From the NCBI GenBank assembly GCA_028534125.1, contig CM052817.1, positions 5,024,001 through 5,088,000 of the forward strand: a stretch of DNA of 64,000 nt. The letters run 5' to 3'. Below, in pieces: positions 50,146-63,744 of the stretch. Position numbers and translations under genes: made by a program. The notes beneath the pieces were generated by a model that was not told where the DNA came from, did no database searches, and worked only from the letters and a program-made list of their open reading frames with translations. The stretch is from Lama glama. Taxonomy: Eukaryota. Each line of letters begins with the position of its first letter. Positions within the stretch are counted from its first letter, which is position 1.

Positions 50146-51508
50146 ACAAGGCATTTTTATGCCCAGCAAACTTAAACAATCAGGTATGAGAGATCCAAAA
50201 ATAATACTTGGTCTTACTCACCAAGTTAAATAATTCCACATCTTCAAAACTTTGAATTACATTTGTAAATTGCTTACACTTCATTTGCTTTTAAGTATTT
50301 CAATGGTCTGACAAGCTCTCCCAATGTTGAAATAATTCTTATAAATCAAACTTATAAAAACAATGAACTAATAATTTTTTATATATACACACAAAATCTT
50401 ACACGATTTCCACTTAAAATCACAAGTATGATTATTTAACTGTGCATTTAAGTGGAGCTAAAAGACTATCACTCTAAAACACTAAATTCTCTTAATACCA
50501 AATTTACATAGATTTCTTAATATAAAAAAATTGATGGGTTTTGATTTTCTTAAATAAATTGGCAGAATTCTGCAATTTGTTTATGTATGGGACTCTTTCA
50601 TGGGAACACTTAGCACCTGGCCCACTGAATAATGCCGGGTTTGGGGTATGATTATTGACTTAGAAACAATGAAAGGTAGTTGGAGGGGGTCTTGAGAAGG
50701 ATCAGCAGTCCCTGATTGGCAGTGACTGCAGGAAACAGCACTGGAATTTCAGGGAACAGGAGGCTAACCTCCTCCGATAGGGGAGAAAGGGCTGCTTCTG
50801 CTCACAAAAGAGGCTTGGCAAAGTTAAGGAGCTCAAGGTTGTCATTGGAATCTGCCCATATGTCCATGATCCAATTTTCAAGGCCCCACTTTTTCCCAAT
50901 CAATGCCATACATTTAACATAAAATAATTTTAAAAAAATCCCTGAATGTTTGTAGTAACCTTATTCTTCACAGCCAAGACTGGAGACATCCCACGTGTCC
51001 ACTAAGAGGAACACAGGTCAACAAGCTGTGGTATTAGAGAATGGCATAGAACTCAGGGAATTTAAAAAATGAGCTACTGTTAAAGCTGCCAAACAAGGGT
51101 AATTTCTAAAGTATTATGTGAGTGAAAGAAGCCTTATACAAAAGTTTACATACTGTAGGATTTGATTTATGTGGCATTTCCATAACAGGTGAACCTAATC
51201 TATGACAGAAGAAAACAGAAGTTGCCTTTGGAGGTGGGGGTCGTGGACTGACTGAGAAGGGGCATGAGGAGTATTGGGGGTAATGTTCTACATCTTGATA
51301 AGGTTTTGGGTTATGTAAGTGCATATATTTGTTAAAACTCAGCAGATGGAGTCTTAAGATTTGTGTGTTTTATTATATATATACTTTATATCAAAAGAAA
51401 AATCTATAAACTAATGTTAAAATTTAGGCACTGATATGCCTGCTGACATATTTAGGAAGAGTACAGGTGTTTGTAGTTTGCCTTAAAATGCATCAACAAA
51501 TTTGGATG

Positions 51509-53351
51509 TAGCACCAAGTAATAAATTACCTAGGAATAAATCTAACCAAGTAGGTGAAAGACTTACACACGGAGAACTATAAATTGATTAAGAAAATTAA
51601 AGAAGACTTTAAAAAATGGAAAGATATCCCACGCTCCTGGATTGGAAGAATCAATATTGTTAAAATGGTCACACTGCCCAAGTCAATCTACAGATTTATT
51701 GCTATCCCTATCAAATTACCCAGGACATATTTCACAGAGCTAGAACAAATCATAATAAAATTTGTATGGAACCACAAAAGACCTAAAATTGCCAAAGCAT
51801 TACTGAAGAAAAAGAAAGAAGCTGGAGGAATACCTCTCCCAGACTTCAGACAATATTATAGAGCTACAATAATGAAAACAGAATGGTATTGGTACAAAAA
51901 CAGACATATGGACCAGTGGAACAAAATAAAGAGCCCAGAAATGAACCCACAAACTTTTGGTCAACTAATCTTCGACAAAGGAGGCAAGAATATACAATGG
52001 AATAAAGACAGTCTCTTCAGCAAATGGTGTTGGGAAAACTGGACAGCAGCATGTAAATCAGTGAAGCTAGAACACTCCCTCCCACCATACACAAAAAGAA
52101 ACTCAAAATGGATCAAAGACGTAAACATAAGACAAGATACAATAAACCTCCTAGAGGAAAATATAGGCAAAACATTATCTCACATACATCTCAAAAATGT
52201 TCTTCTAGGGCAGTCTACCCAAGAAATAGAAATAAAAGCAAGAATAAACAAATGGGACCTAATGAAACTTACAAGCTTCTGCACAGCAAAGGAAACCATA
52301 AGCAAAACAAAAAGACAACCTACAGAATGGGAGAAAATTTTTGCAAAAGATGAAACCGGCAAAGGCTTGATCTCCAGAATATATAAGCAGCTCATACGAC
52401 TCAATAAGAAAAAACAAACAACCCAATCCAAAAATGGGCAGAAGACCTAAACAAGCAATTCTCCGAGGAAGAAATACAAATGATCAATAGGCACATGAAA
52501 AATGTTCAATATCATAATTATCAGAGAAATGCAAATCAGAACTACAATGAGGTATCACCTTACACCAGTCAGAATGGCCATCATTCAAAAGTCCACACAT
52601 GACAAATGCTGGAGAGGCTGTGGAGAAAAGGGAACCCTCCTACACTGCTGATGGAAGTGTGCAGACACTATGGAAAACAGTATGGAGATTCCTCAAAAGA
52701 TTAGGAATAGATTTACCATATGACCCAGGAATCCCTCTCCTGGGCATGTATCCAGAAGGAACCTTACTTCAAAAAGATACCAGCACCCCAATGTTCATAG
52801 CAGCACTATTTACAATAGCCAAGACATGGAAACAGCCTAGATGTCCATTGGCAGATGACTGGATAAAGAAGATATGGTATATTTATACAATGGAATACTA
52901 TTCAGCCATAAAAATGACAACATAATGCCATTTGCAGCAACATGGGTGGAGAATGTCATTCTAAGTGAAGTAAGCCAGAAAGAGAAAGAAAAATACCATA
53001 TGAGATCCGTCATATGTGGAATCTGAAAACAAACAAAAAAGAACATAAATACAAAACAGAAACAGACTCATAGACATAGAATACAAACTTGTGGTTGCCA
53101 AGGGGTAGGGAGATGGGAAGGGACAGACTGGGAGTTTGAAATTTGTAGATACTGACAGACATATGTAGAATAGACAAACAAAATTATACTGTATAGCACA
53201 GGAAAACATATACAAGATCTTGTCATAGCACACAGAGAAAAAGAATGCAACACTGTATGCATGTTCATGTATAAATGAAAAATTGTACTCTACGTTGGAA
53301 ATTGACACAACATTGTAAACTGACTATAACTCAATAAAAAACTTTTTTTTT
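51509..53351 (+). mobile_element. 5'-truncated young L1 (ORF2 C-terminal part + 3' UTR) inserted in an older L1M 3' end
   Basis: ORF 51554-52450 is L1 ORF2 ([17 protein letters not shown]...[10 protein letters not shown]), frameshifted near 52410. 10-bp TSD AATTTGGATG at 51499-51508 and 53352-53361. Confidence 0.95.
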
Positions 53352-54539
53352 AATTTGGATGAATTTATGGATGGATACAGAGATGGATATATGGATATAT
53401 GTGTGACATAGCAATACTAAAATAAAATATTAATTGTTAACTCTTAATGGGATGGGTTGCTCACTATTGAATTCTTTCGATCTTTCTGTATGTTTGAATA
53501 TTTTTACAAAAAAAATTTTAAATTTAAAAATAAATGTAAAACATAAAATGCCTTCACTCAACATGTTCAAGAGCAAACTATAAAAGCTGATGCGTAAACT
53601 GGTCAACCAGGAGACAGATCTGAATCTGGTGAGCAGAACACTGCACGGTGAGACAAAATGGAATAGAGGTCAGTAGACAAAGATGACAATGAGCAGTTCT
53701 AACATATAGCTCCAGAAGGAGATGATAGAAAGGGAATGAAGAAAAATCGTATAATAAATATTATGTAATATGTAATTAAATGTCTAAGAATTTTCTGGAA
53801 TTGATGGAAGACACAAACTCTTATGTCCAGTAAACACAAGAGATTACAAGTAGGATCACACAGGAAAGGAAAAGAGGAGGTCCCTTTCTAGGCACATAAC
53901 AATGAAACTGCAGAATACAAAAAGGAAGAGAGGAAGAGAGCGGAGGGATCAGGGAGGGAAGGGGAAGTGGAGAAATATTAAAAACACCCAGGGAAAAATG
54001 ACAAGTTACTTACCAAGGAATAAAGTCTAAACTGATAAGAGATTTCCTAATAGCAACAGCAGAGATGACAAGATAATGAAATAAAATCTTCAAAATACTA
54101 AGAAAAGACAAATCAACTAACAGTCCCCCTCTAGTTGAAATACTGTTCAATATTAGGTAAAATAATGACATTTTTAGAAAATAAAATTGAGAGTTTATCA
54201 CAAGCATACACTTACTACCAACATTTTTAAATTACATATTTAAAGAAAAAAGGAAATAATTCCAGAAAAGCCACCTGAGATACCAAAAGGAATGGTGAGA
54301 AGGAAAAACCCCAGTAAATGTGTAATGGTCTAAACAGTCACTGCTTGTGTGAAATGGTAAAAATAATGTATGATTTGAAGGTTAAAAAGAAAATCAAAGC
54401 CAACCATAAAGCTAGACATATAGCTAAAATACTGACATAAAAGAATGTAAGACAGGAATAGGGTGAGCAGAGATGAAGCTTCCTGATCATCTCTATTAAA
54501 TACTAATACAAATAAAATTATTGGCAAGCCATTACGCTG

Positions 54540-55790
54540 TCTATTACAGTCTGCCTTCAGGCCTACAACGGTATATATTCATCCCACATGCAAAATATAT
54601 TCATCCCATCCCAAGGTACCCAAAGGTTTCAACCTGTTATAGCATCAACTTGTATTTCAAAACCTCATCTGAATTTCATCTCAGAAGCCCAAATTTTCAA
54701 CATCAAAGTCATCTAAGTGAGATATGGGTAGAACTCTGAGTATAACCACCATAAAGCAAAATTCGTCTCCACCTGCCTGTGAAACCACAGGTCACTCCCA
54801 AAATACAGCGGCAGGGCAGACAGACAATTCTGGTTGAATAGAGGAGAAATGGAAGGGAAAAAGGAGACCTAGTTCCAAGAAAACTTTGAAATCCAGCTGG
54901 ACAGACACCGTTAGGTTTCAAGGCCTGGAAATAATTCTCTGTGCTTCATGGGTCTTCCTTCCTTCTGGGTCTTCCTTCCTTTTTCAAGAATGGTAGCATG
55001 TGTTTGCAGCTGAGTGGTTTTATCAATGTTTCTTATCTTTAGAATTTTGAGGGTCCAACAGCCTTCTGTCATTTCCTACTCTCTCTGTCCTTTTCAGTCC
55101 AAGCCGGCAGTGTTTCTACTAGTATAAAATTCTCCAAAACCTTGCAGATCTCCCCTGTATGTCTTAGGGATTCACTCCATCAGTCAAGGAGATTCTCCAC
55201 AGATTCTTCCTAAATAATCTCATCTATTTTTGGTTTTTCTGAGACATCTGAGGGAATCTAAGAGTCAGATCTTTAACCTCTTCAGAGTCTTTTGTGTAAC
55301 TGAATATTCTGAGGCATCAGCAAAAGGTTGTTAAAACATACTTTTCTGACAGTGAATACCTTAGCTTTAGTGTCTTCTGCAATCTGGATAGCCCGAGAAT
55401 TTTCTGAATTATAAAGTCCTGTTTTCTTTTAGTTTAACATTCTTCCTTTAATTTATCTCTTTCCTCACATTTTACTATAAGCCACGAGAAGAAACCAGAC
55501 CAGAGCATTAACTCTTTGATTAGAAATCTCCTCAGCTAAATGTCCAATTTCATAGTTGATAAGTTCTGCTTTCCATGTACCCATGGGCCCCAACCCACTA
55601 AGTGTTCTGCCACTGTGTTATAAGGATCTCCTTTATTCCAGTTTCCAGTAACACATCCTCATTTCCTTCTGAGCCTTCACCAGCAGGACCTTTAACATCC
55701 GTATTTCTACTACTAGTGTATCTACGATGATTTAGGTATTATCTCAGGCAATACAGATGCTCCTCGCTTCAGTGTGAGCCTTCACCAGCA
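54540..55790 (-). mobile_element. MaLR internal (MLT1-int-like) segment
   Basis: CCCACATGCAAAATATATTCATCCCATCCCAAG...CCCAAAATACAGCGG...GAAATCCAGCTGGACAGAC...AAGTTCTGCTTTCCA resembles reversed MaLR internal sequence. Confidence 0.55.
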
Positions 55791-57213
55791 AATCAATCAA
55801 TAGAAACAGTCCCAGAAATGAGATCAAAACTAGTCCATATATTCCATATGTTCAAAAATCTAGGTAAAAAATTGAGCATATTAAGAAGCAACATAAAACG
55901 TATTTTTAAAAACCTAAATTTAACTTCTAGAGCTAAAAAGTACAACGTCTGGGATGAACAATACACTGGATAAGATTGATGGCAGATTTGATATTGCAGA
56001 AGAAAATATTAGTAAAATTAAAGACATAATAGCAGAAACTTTTTTATTGAAGTACAGTCAGACTCTATATTGTTTGATGTCAATTCTCCCCAAGTTGATC
56101 TATAGATTTAAGCCTTTCCCAATTTATTCCCAGCAGGTTGTTTTGCAGAAACTGATCAACCAATTCTAAAATTCATATAGAAGTGTAAAAGACCTAAGAT
56201 AGCCAAAATAAATTTGAAAAAAAGAAGAAGAAAGTTATAGGACTTATACTATTTGATTTCAAGATATTATAAATCCACGCTAATCATGACATGCATTATT
56301 GGTATAAAGACGGGCAAATAAACCAATGGAACAGAATAGAGTCCACATGTAAAGACATACATACATGGTCAGTTGATTTTCAACAAAGGAACAAAGACAA
56401 TGCAGTGAAACAAAGTCTTTTCAACAATGAGCGCTGGAACAATAGGTCATCCTTATGCCACAAAATGAACTTTGATTTTGATCGCTACCTGGTACCACAT
56501 ACAATAGTGAAGCAAAGTAAATCATAGACCTGAATGTAATTCCTAAAGCCTTGAAGGATCTAAAAGAAAACACTGAAGAAAATTTGCTTGACGTTGGGTA
56601 GGCAATGTTTTAGATGTGACACCAAAAGCACAATTCATAAGAGAGAAAAATGATGACTTGGATTTTGTCAGAATTTAAAACTCATGCTCCTCCAATGAGA
56701 CTGTTGAGAATAAAAAGACAAACCACAGGCAGGAAAACAAATCTTTGCCAAGCACGTCTCCAGAACATATAAAGAGCCCTCAACACTTAATGATGAGAAA
56801 ACAAATAACCCAAGTTTTTAAATGGGCAAAATATTGAACATATGCTTCTCTCAGGAAGATATGTGAATGGCAAATAAACACATGAAAAGACGCTCAGCAC
56901 TATTAATCATTAGGAAATACAAATTAAGCCACAATGAGACACCACTGCACACCTACCGAAGTGTCTAAATGTAAAAGATTGGTAACACCAGCTTTGGGCT
57001 AGGACCTGGATCACTGACCGACACGCCACTAGTGAGGATGTAAAATGGTGCAGTTATTTTGGAAATCAGTTTAGCAGGGTTTTTTCTTTTTTTAAGTTAA
57101 ACATAAATCTACCATATGATCTAGTCACTCCACCCTTAGGTATTTACTCATGATAAATGAAAATATGCATCTGGGTGAAGACCTGTGTGTAATTGTTCAT
57201 AGCAGCTTTATTT

Positions 57214-57532
57214 ATTTATTTTTAGAAAAGAGGAGATAAAACCTTAATTACTTGCAGATCATATGTCTATTAAAAAAATCTAAGCTAAAAGTTTTTTAAT
57301 TCTTTTTTCTTTTTTTACTGAAGCATAGTCAGTTTACAATGTGTCAATTTCTGGTGTACAGCATCGTGTTTCAGTCATACTTACACATACATATATTCTT
57401 TTCCACATTCTTTTCCATTATAGGCTGCAACAAGATATTGAATAACAGCTTTATTTTTAATTTTGATATCCTTTTTTTACAAAATGAAGTACAACCAATT
57501 ACAATGTGTCAGTTTCTGGTGTACAGCACAAT
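57214..57532 (-). mobile_element. Two tandem short young-L1 3' termini at one site
   Basis: TTACAATGTGTCA(A/G)TTTCTGGTGTACAGCA occurs twice (~57334 and ~57499), each with a T-rich tail. CAGCTTTATTT is duplicated at 57203-57213 and 57446-57456. Confidence 0.8.
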
Positions 57533-59417
57533 GTGGCTTTGTTCTTAATAGTCAAAAAGTTAGAACAATCCAAATGTCCATCTGCAGATAAAAGCACAAG
57601 CAAATCGTGGTCTACCCATGCAGTGGAATATGCTCAGTAAGGCAAACAAATGAACTCTTGATGGATACAACCACAGTGATGAATCTCAAAATAATTCTGA
57701 GTGAAAGAAGCCAGGCACAGGAAGACCTACAGAATGATTTCATTTATATAAAACTCCAGACAATGCAAAGTAATCTACAGTAACAGGGAGCAAGCCAGTG
57801 GTTGCCTACTGTCTTGGTGGGGACAAAGGGAAGGAGCACAGACTTTGCAAGGGAACATAAAGAAGCTTGCGGGTGACGGATCTGTCCACTCTCTGGACCC
57901 TGGTGGTGGTTTCACGAGTATGTACATATGTGGAAACTTCTCAAACTGTATATTTTCTGTGCAGTTCGGAGCGTATCAGTAATACTCAATAAAACTACAA
58001 AAAACTCCGTCTCGTGGAGCTTACGTGCTATGCCCGTGGGCGGGGCAAAAAAGCACAGGTTAAGGGAATCCCTCCAAATCCAAGCATACTGGCTCTTACC
58101 TCCCCTTGACCTGCTGTATAATAACATGTTCTTCGTTTTCCTCCCTCTGAAATGTAAGCTTCCCAGAGGACAGGGACTTAGACTGTTTTCATGATGACTT
58201 GTAATCAGATGAGGAAAAGTTCATTCTCTTGGACCTGAGTTCCTTGCTGGGAGAATGGCCTGAAGGGTTTGCTCAGGATGAGGGAGGCCCTGGGAGCCCA
58301 GGTGAGAGCTGGCACCCCAACTTCTGAGATCTGGGGAGGCTGCATATGACAAGTTGGGGGCAGAAGGTGGGACGCACCGTGTAACTTCATTATAACCCTC
58401 TCCACCCTCTGCCAGTCGTCCGTCAATGCTGCAAAATGGTCGAAAGCTTGGAGCCTGTGGGTTTCTTTTTTCTTAGGGGACCTGGTGACGGAGCTGAGCT
58501 CTGTGCATCAGGGTATCGCCAGGAAAATGATGTAAAACCAGGGATTAACGGACTCCCAGGGAGACTTGGGGTTTGGGGTTCCAACGGGCAGTGAAATGCA
58601 GGTCCAAGGCAATCCTGCCTGGGTCTCATGTGCTGGGGAGGCACCAGGGGCCCCTGAGTTTCAGACGTGGAAGTGAGCCTCAGCGGGACTGAAAGACTTG
58701 GCTAAGTCCCAGAGTTACAAGTTGGGGCTCTTTCTCTTTTCTCCCCTCTCCTGCTTTTTCTGGAAAGCTCTGTGCCCCTGAGAGAGAAATCATTGCTTTC
58801 TTTTCCTCAGGGTGAGGCGTAAACATGGGCAAGAAAAAGAACAGAGCACCAGCAAAACCTCCCCCTGCCAATTAGCTGCTGAGAGAGGCTGGCTTTTCCG
58901 GGGGCTGGGTGAGCGCCCCGGCCCTGTGGCCTCCTGGAATCCTGGGGTGAATGGCTCCAGAGTTGGGGGCCACCTCCTGGGTGGTGACTGGGGGATTCTG
59001 AGGCAGAACTGGCCGAATAACCAGGACATTTCCACGAGGAGCTTTGTTTGCTGTTTCAGAGCAAATTAGCAATTAGCAGGCGCTGGCGCTGGGCCACCTC
59101 CCTTGCAAAACCAAGTGGCAGCACGTGTCGTTTTGTTCTTGGCTGGGGACCCGCAGGCTGGGTGGCAGGGAGCAGAGACCTAGCAGACTGCTCCCACTCC
59201 GTGGCTCGGTGCCCAGGGACCCCCCAGCGTGCTGCCTTCATCACCAACACGACAGCAGAGCTGGGTGGGGTTCTGGGGTCCTCAGTTCCTCCATGGCCCT
59301 CAACAGAAGGAAAGAGTCTAGGAGGGTAAGTGATTTGCATAAGTTCCCCCAGCCAGGGACACACTGAGCTGGAGTCTAAGCTCTCCCACTTCCTAATTCA
59401 AGGCAGAGGCCCTGAAC

Positions 59418-59562
59418 CAGAGGTTCTCAAACTTGAGTGAGCATCTACACACCCTAGAGAGCCGGACTCTGCCCCAGAGTTTCCAATTCACTCGCATTTC
59501 TGACAAGTTCATTGATGAAGCCGATGCCGGTGGTCCCAGGACCACACTTTCAGAATCACCAC
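59418..59562. mobile_element. MER5A-like hAT DNA transposon (internally deleted)
   Basis: CAGAGGTTCTCAAACTTGAG...GCATTTCTGACAAGTTC...GGACCACACTTTCAGAATCAC. Confidence 0.75.
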
Positions 59563-60007
59563 CTTCTTACGAGATAATGGAAGAGGACATTTCCTTTCCT
59601 GATCCACACTCAGAATAATTGTGGGGTGTAGGCGAAGATGAGCGGAAAAATGGAGAGCTGGGCAAGTTATCTGGCATCAGAAAGCAAAAGAAACAGTAAC
59701 GACACCATCTGAATCCCTGTGTCTTTGCTGGTGATTCTGCTGCTCCTGCCCGACCCGACTCCGGGCCCCTTTGTGCTGAGCTGCGTCTGACCCACGGAGA
59801 GGCGCTCAAGATTAAATTATTTCATCCATCAAAGTGCTTAGAACCACATCTGGCTCAGTGAAAGGTAGCTCCCAGTCCCCTGGGCATACTACATTCTACC
59901 AACACTTTGTCCCATTTCCTGCTCACAGTCAGCTTGCAAAGGGACCACAGTTCCATTTTACAGGTGAGGAAGTCAAGGCTCATAGCCAAGAAGAGAGAGA
60001 AGCAAGT

Positions 60008-60330
60008 TTATTTTTAATTTTTTAATAAAAATGGTATATATTTAAGGAGTGCAACATGCTAATTTGCTATACATACACAAAGTGTAGTGATGACCCCAGT
60101 CAAGATAACTAACGTGTTAAGCTAATTAACACACCTCCTTTGTGTGTGTGTGATGGGAGTACCTGAAATCTACACTCTTAGCAGATTTCCAGGATTGGAG
60201 ACAGTGTTTTTATCTGTACAGTCATCTTGCTATACATTTGTTCTCACAAACTGCACCCTGTCTCCCTTCAAAAGCCATCCTCCCTCTTTTGCACCCCCAC
60301 ACCCCTGCACACTGGCCAGTATCATGAAGC
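60008..60330 (-). mobile_element. L1MA-type 3' end
   Basis: GTATATATTTAAGGAGTGCAACATG...GAAATCTACACTCTTAGCAGATTTCCA. Confidence 0.65.
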
Positions 60331-60544
60331 ATTAGTGACTTCCTCAGGAGAACTGAGGTTCCAGGAGCCAAGCCATTGTCCCCATGGCGTGGCCTGGGTG
60401 TGTGGGGATTCAGCTCAGCCAGGTGCCTTGGAGACTCCTGTGAGTGGAGTCTTGCCATTGGCTAATGCAATGCTGAGATCTTGATTTCACACATGAGGGA
60501 ATAACTCAGAGAAATAATAGATATTACAATAAAAAGACCACAGA

Positions 60545-60860
60545 CATTTTTTCAATTGAATATAGTTTAAAAACTTTTTAATTTGTACACAATTTTTAAA
60601 GGTTACACTTCGTTTACAGTTATCACAAAATATTGGCTCTGTTCCCCGTGTTGCATAATGCTTCCTTAAACCCAAGAGTTCACACCTCACACGCCCCAAC
60701 TCCTAAATTGCCCCTTCCTCCCCCACTGGGTGACACCTCGTTTGTTCTCTGTATCTGTGAGGCTGCTGCTTTTTTGTTATATTCACTAGCTGGTTGTATT
60801 TTTAAAATTTTATTTAAAAATTTTAAATTCCACATATAAGTGATATCATACAGTATTTCT
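60545..60860 (-). mobile_element. Short L1 3' fragment
   Basis: Reversed L1 3' UTR; TSD AAAAGACCACAGA (60532-60544) / AAAAGGCCACAGA (60861-60873). Confidence 0.75.
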
Positions 60861-62242
60861 AAAAGGCCACAGAATTTAGAGTCAGACAGACCAGGTCTTT
60901 GGCCGTAGATGGGTCACCGACCATCCAGGTGACCTTGGGCAAGTAGATTAACCTCTCTGAATCTCAGTGTGCTAATCTGAAAAATAGATGGCTCATACCT
61001 TCATACCTACCACTTCTGCTCCTCTGGGCTGCTGGGAGGCAGAAATGAAGTAACAGGTGACAGATCACTTTGCAGATTGCAAGGAGCTGATGGCGATGCC
61101 AGGGTTTCTGGTGAGCCCTGACGTCCCAGGGGATGGGTCTCTGAGGAGACTGGCTCTGATGTACTGCCAAGCCTGAAAGCCACTGAGGTTTTCCAGGTGT
61201 CACCAACCAAGGATGGCAAAGAGTCCCTCGCTGAAATGATTCAGAATGCATGTTTTAGCCATTGCTTAGAAAGTGTTGCAAAGGGATCCTTTTGGATTTA
61301 TATGAATGAATTCAAGTTGTCTGAGATGCTCGTTATTGGGGTGACCGCCACGGAGGGGCTTCCTGGGACACTGGCCTTTCAGTTTTAAAACCAGGGCAGT
61401 CCCAGGAAACCCGGACAAGCTGGTCTCCCTCGTTATCACTATTCTTATCATTCTTATTAAACCCCTTGCATGCACTCTTCCTCTATGCCTCTTACCCCAG
61501 GCCATTATTTCTAAGCACTGCATGATTTCCATGATGGCTTTTCAGCCAGGACTTATTTAGATCCCCAGCTGCTCCCCTGAGATACATTCCTGGTTGCTCT
61601 GGGGAACTGATGGAGAATCTGCTCCTGGGAAAACAGAGCATTTAGTCCCAGGGAAAAATGACGATCACAGACAGGAAAATTCTTGGGGAAACAGATACAT
61701 GGGCTCCTGGTCTTCCTTCCACTAGGGCTTGATGGAGGCAGAACTGAGACTCCTTCCCCCAGCCAAGTCCTCGTCCCTGCCTTCCATGGTGGGATCCACC
61801 CGGGCACCGCCTGCAGCCAGAGGTGCAGAACTAGCTGCAGTTTAATCTGAATGCAGACTCTACTGCTACTTCATTCGGTTTGAGTAATTAAAAGTATGAA
61901 GATGCTGAACTTCTTAAATATTCCAAGCCACGGTGGGGCTCGTTGCTTTGTTTTGTTCATTAATTCAATCCAGACGTAGGGTTTTTGAGGAATTATTACG
62001 TCTTTAGTGCTCTAAGAGGAACCACAGAGTTTGGAAGATGAGGAGAGAAGTTGCCTACTCCTTCTGTAGGAACTGATCCTACAGAAATAATCCCAAAGAA
62101 GGACTCTGGAGCCAAAGACAGCTGGGTCAGCCCTGCGCTCTGCCTGTCACCAAGCCTGTGCATTAGGCGCGTCTCAGAGCCTTTTCTTGGTCTGTGAAGT
62201 GGACCTCAGTGCTACCTGGCTTGGGATCCTTGTGAACTCACA

Positions 62243-63040
62243 GTGGTCAGAATGGCCATTGCTAAAAAGTCAACAAATGATAAATGCTGGAGAGGGTGTG
62301 GAGAAAAGGGAGCCCTTCTACACTGCTGGTGGGGATGTAGTTTGATGCAGACACTATGGAAAGCAGTATGGAGATTCCTCAAAAGACTGAAAATAGACTT
62401 ACCCTATGATCCAGCAATCCCACTCCTGGGCATATATCCAGAGTTAACTCTAATTCAGAAAGATACATGCACCCCAATGTTCACAGCAGCACTATTTACC
62501 AATAGCCAAGACATGGAACCAACCTAAATGTCCATCAACAGATGATTGGATAAAGAAGTTGTGAAATATTTGAATGGAATATTACTCAGACATAAAAATA
62601 AATGAAATTATGAAATACTGCCATTTGCAGCAATCTGGATGGTCCTAGAGATTATCATACTAAGTGAAAGAAGTCATACTGAGAAAGACAAATACCATAT
62701 GATATCACTTATATGTAGAATCTTAAAAAAATGACACAAATGAACTTATTTACAGAGCATAAATAGACCCACAGACATAGAAAACAGACCGATGGTTACC
62801 AAAGGGGAAAGAGGTAGGGGAGGGATAAATTAGGAGTTTGGGATTTGCAGATACAAAATACTATACATAAAATAGATAAACAATGATGTCCTACTGTGTA
62901 GCACAGGGAAGACAGTCAATATCTTGTAATTACTTAAAATGAAAAAGAATATATGTAAACGTATAGCTGAATCACTATGCTGTACACCAGGAACAAATAC
63001 AACATTGTAAATCAACTATATGTCAATTAAAAGAAAAAGA
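62243..63040 (+). mobile_element. 5'-truncated young L1 (ORF2 end + 3' UTR + A tail)
   Basis: ORF 62243-62527 ([17 protein letters not shown]...[16 protein letters not shown]) is the L1 ORF2 C-terminus. Confidence 0.92.
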
Positions 63041-63512
63041 ACCTTGAAGTTCAGAAGGAAGCTATCACACATGCGAGGTACCAAGTACAACTCCAGCACA
63101 CAGGAGGTTCAGAAACGACCTACGGCTTGTGATAATAGAGAGAGAGGTATAGCTGTGCAAAATGTCTGCATCTCGTGTAAATGGTGATTGGAAGCAAAAT
63201 AAAAAGCCAAGTGTTTTAAGTGTATCTGATGCAATTATAAGCAATTTTAAAATTATTTTAATATTCCGTATAGCCCCTTTTGAGCTGTTGAGACATTCAG
63301 GAACCTCTGATGATACCCGTAGTGAGAACAACAAAACAATCACCCACACTGATGGAGTTCTTGCCAATAACAGTAGGAGCAACAATCCTACCGTCCTATG
63401 AAGAGTGTTATTAACATTGTATGTTAATATAGAATATTTAATTATTAATATTATAACTAACAATTGTATTATTACTATCACACTAACTGTGACTAGTATG
63501 ATAATATATGAT

Positions 63513-63687
63513 CGGGGGGAGGGTAGAGCTCAGTGGTAGAGTGTGTGCTTAGCATGCAAGAGGTCCTGGGTTCGATCCCCAGCACCTCCACTAAATACAT
63601 ACATAAATAAACCTAATTACCGCCTCCTGAAAAAGAAAAATAAATTTAAAAAATGGTCAGCATTAGAAAAGAAATAAAAGGAATCTT
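63513..63687 (+). mobile_element. tRNA-Ala-derived SINE (camelid type) with TSD
   Basis: tRNA-Ala(AGC)-like head 63514-63590 with B box GGTTCGATCC (63569-63578), AAACCTAATTACC body, A-rich tail; 12-bp TSD ATAATATATGAT at 63501-63512 and 63688-63699. Confidence 0.9.
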
Positions 63688-63744
63688 ATAATATATGATG
63701 ATAGTATAATTGGGATTATAATATTGGTATATCAGTAATCCCCA

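Larger units (their letters stand above)
53560..57995 (+). mobile_element. Ancient L1M fragments (ORF1-, ORF2- and 3'-derived) with nested insertions
   Basis: Degenerate ORF2 (ILPKLIYRF; YWYKDGQINQWNRIES) and 3' end (GAGTGAAAGAAGCCAGGCAC...CTCAATAAAA). Confidence 0.7.

Noticed and set aside
51554..52450. 298-aa ORF as a host gene or active retroelement enzyme
   Set aside because: It is a 5'-truncated, frameshifted L1 ORF2 remnant lacking the endonuclease and the RT catalytic core.
63065..63481. 138-aa hydrophobic minus-strand ORF
   Set aside because: It begins in AT-rich low-complexity sequence and shows no homology that I can recognise.
63514..63590. Functional tRNA-Ala gene
   Set aside because: Imperfect stems, SINE body and A tail, TSDs, and no T-run terminator after the 3' end; the copy at 49075 is more degraded still.
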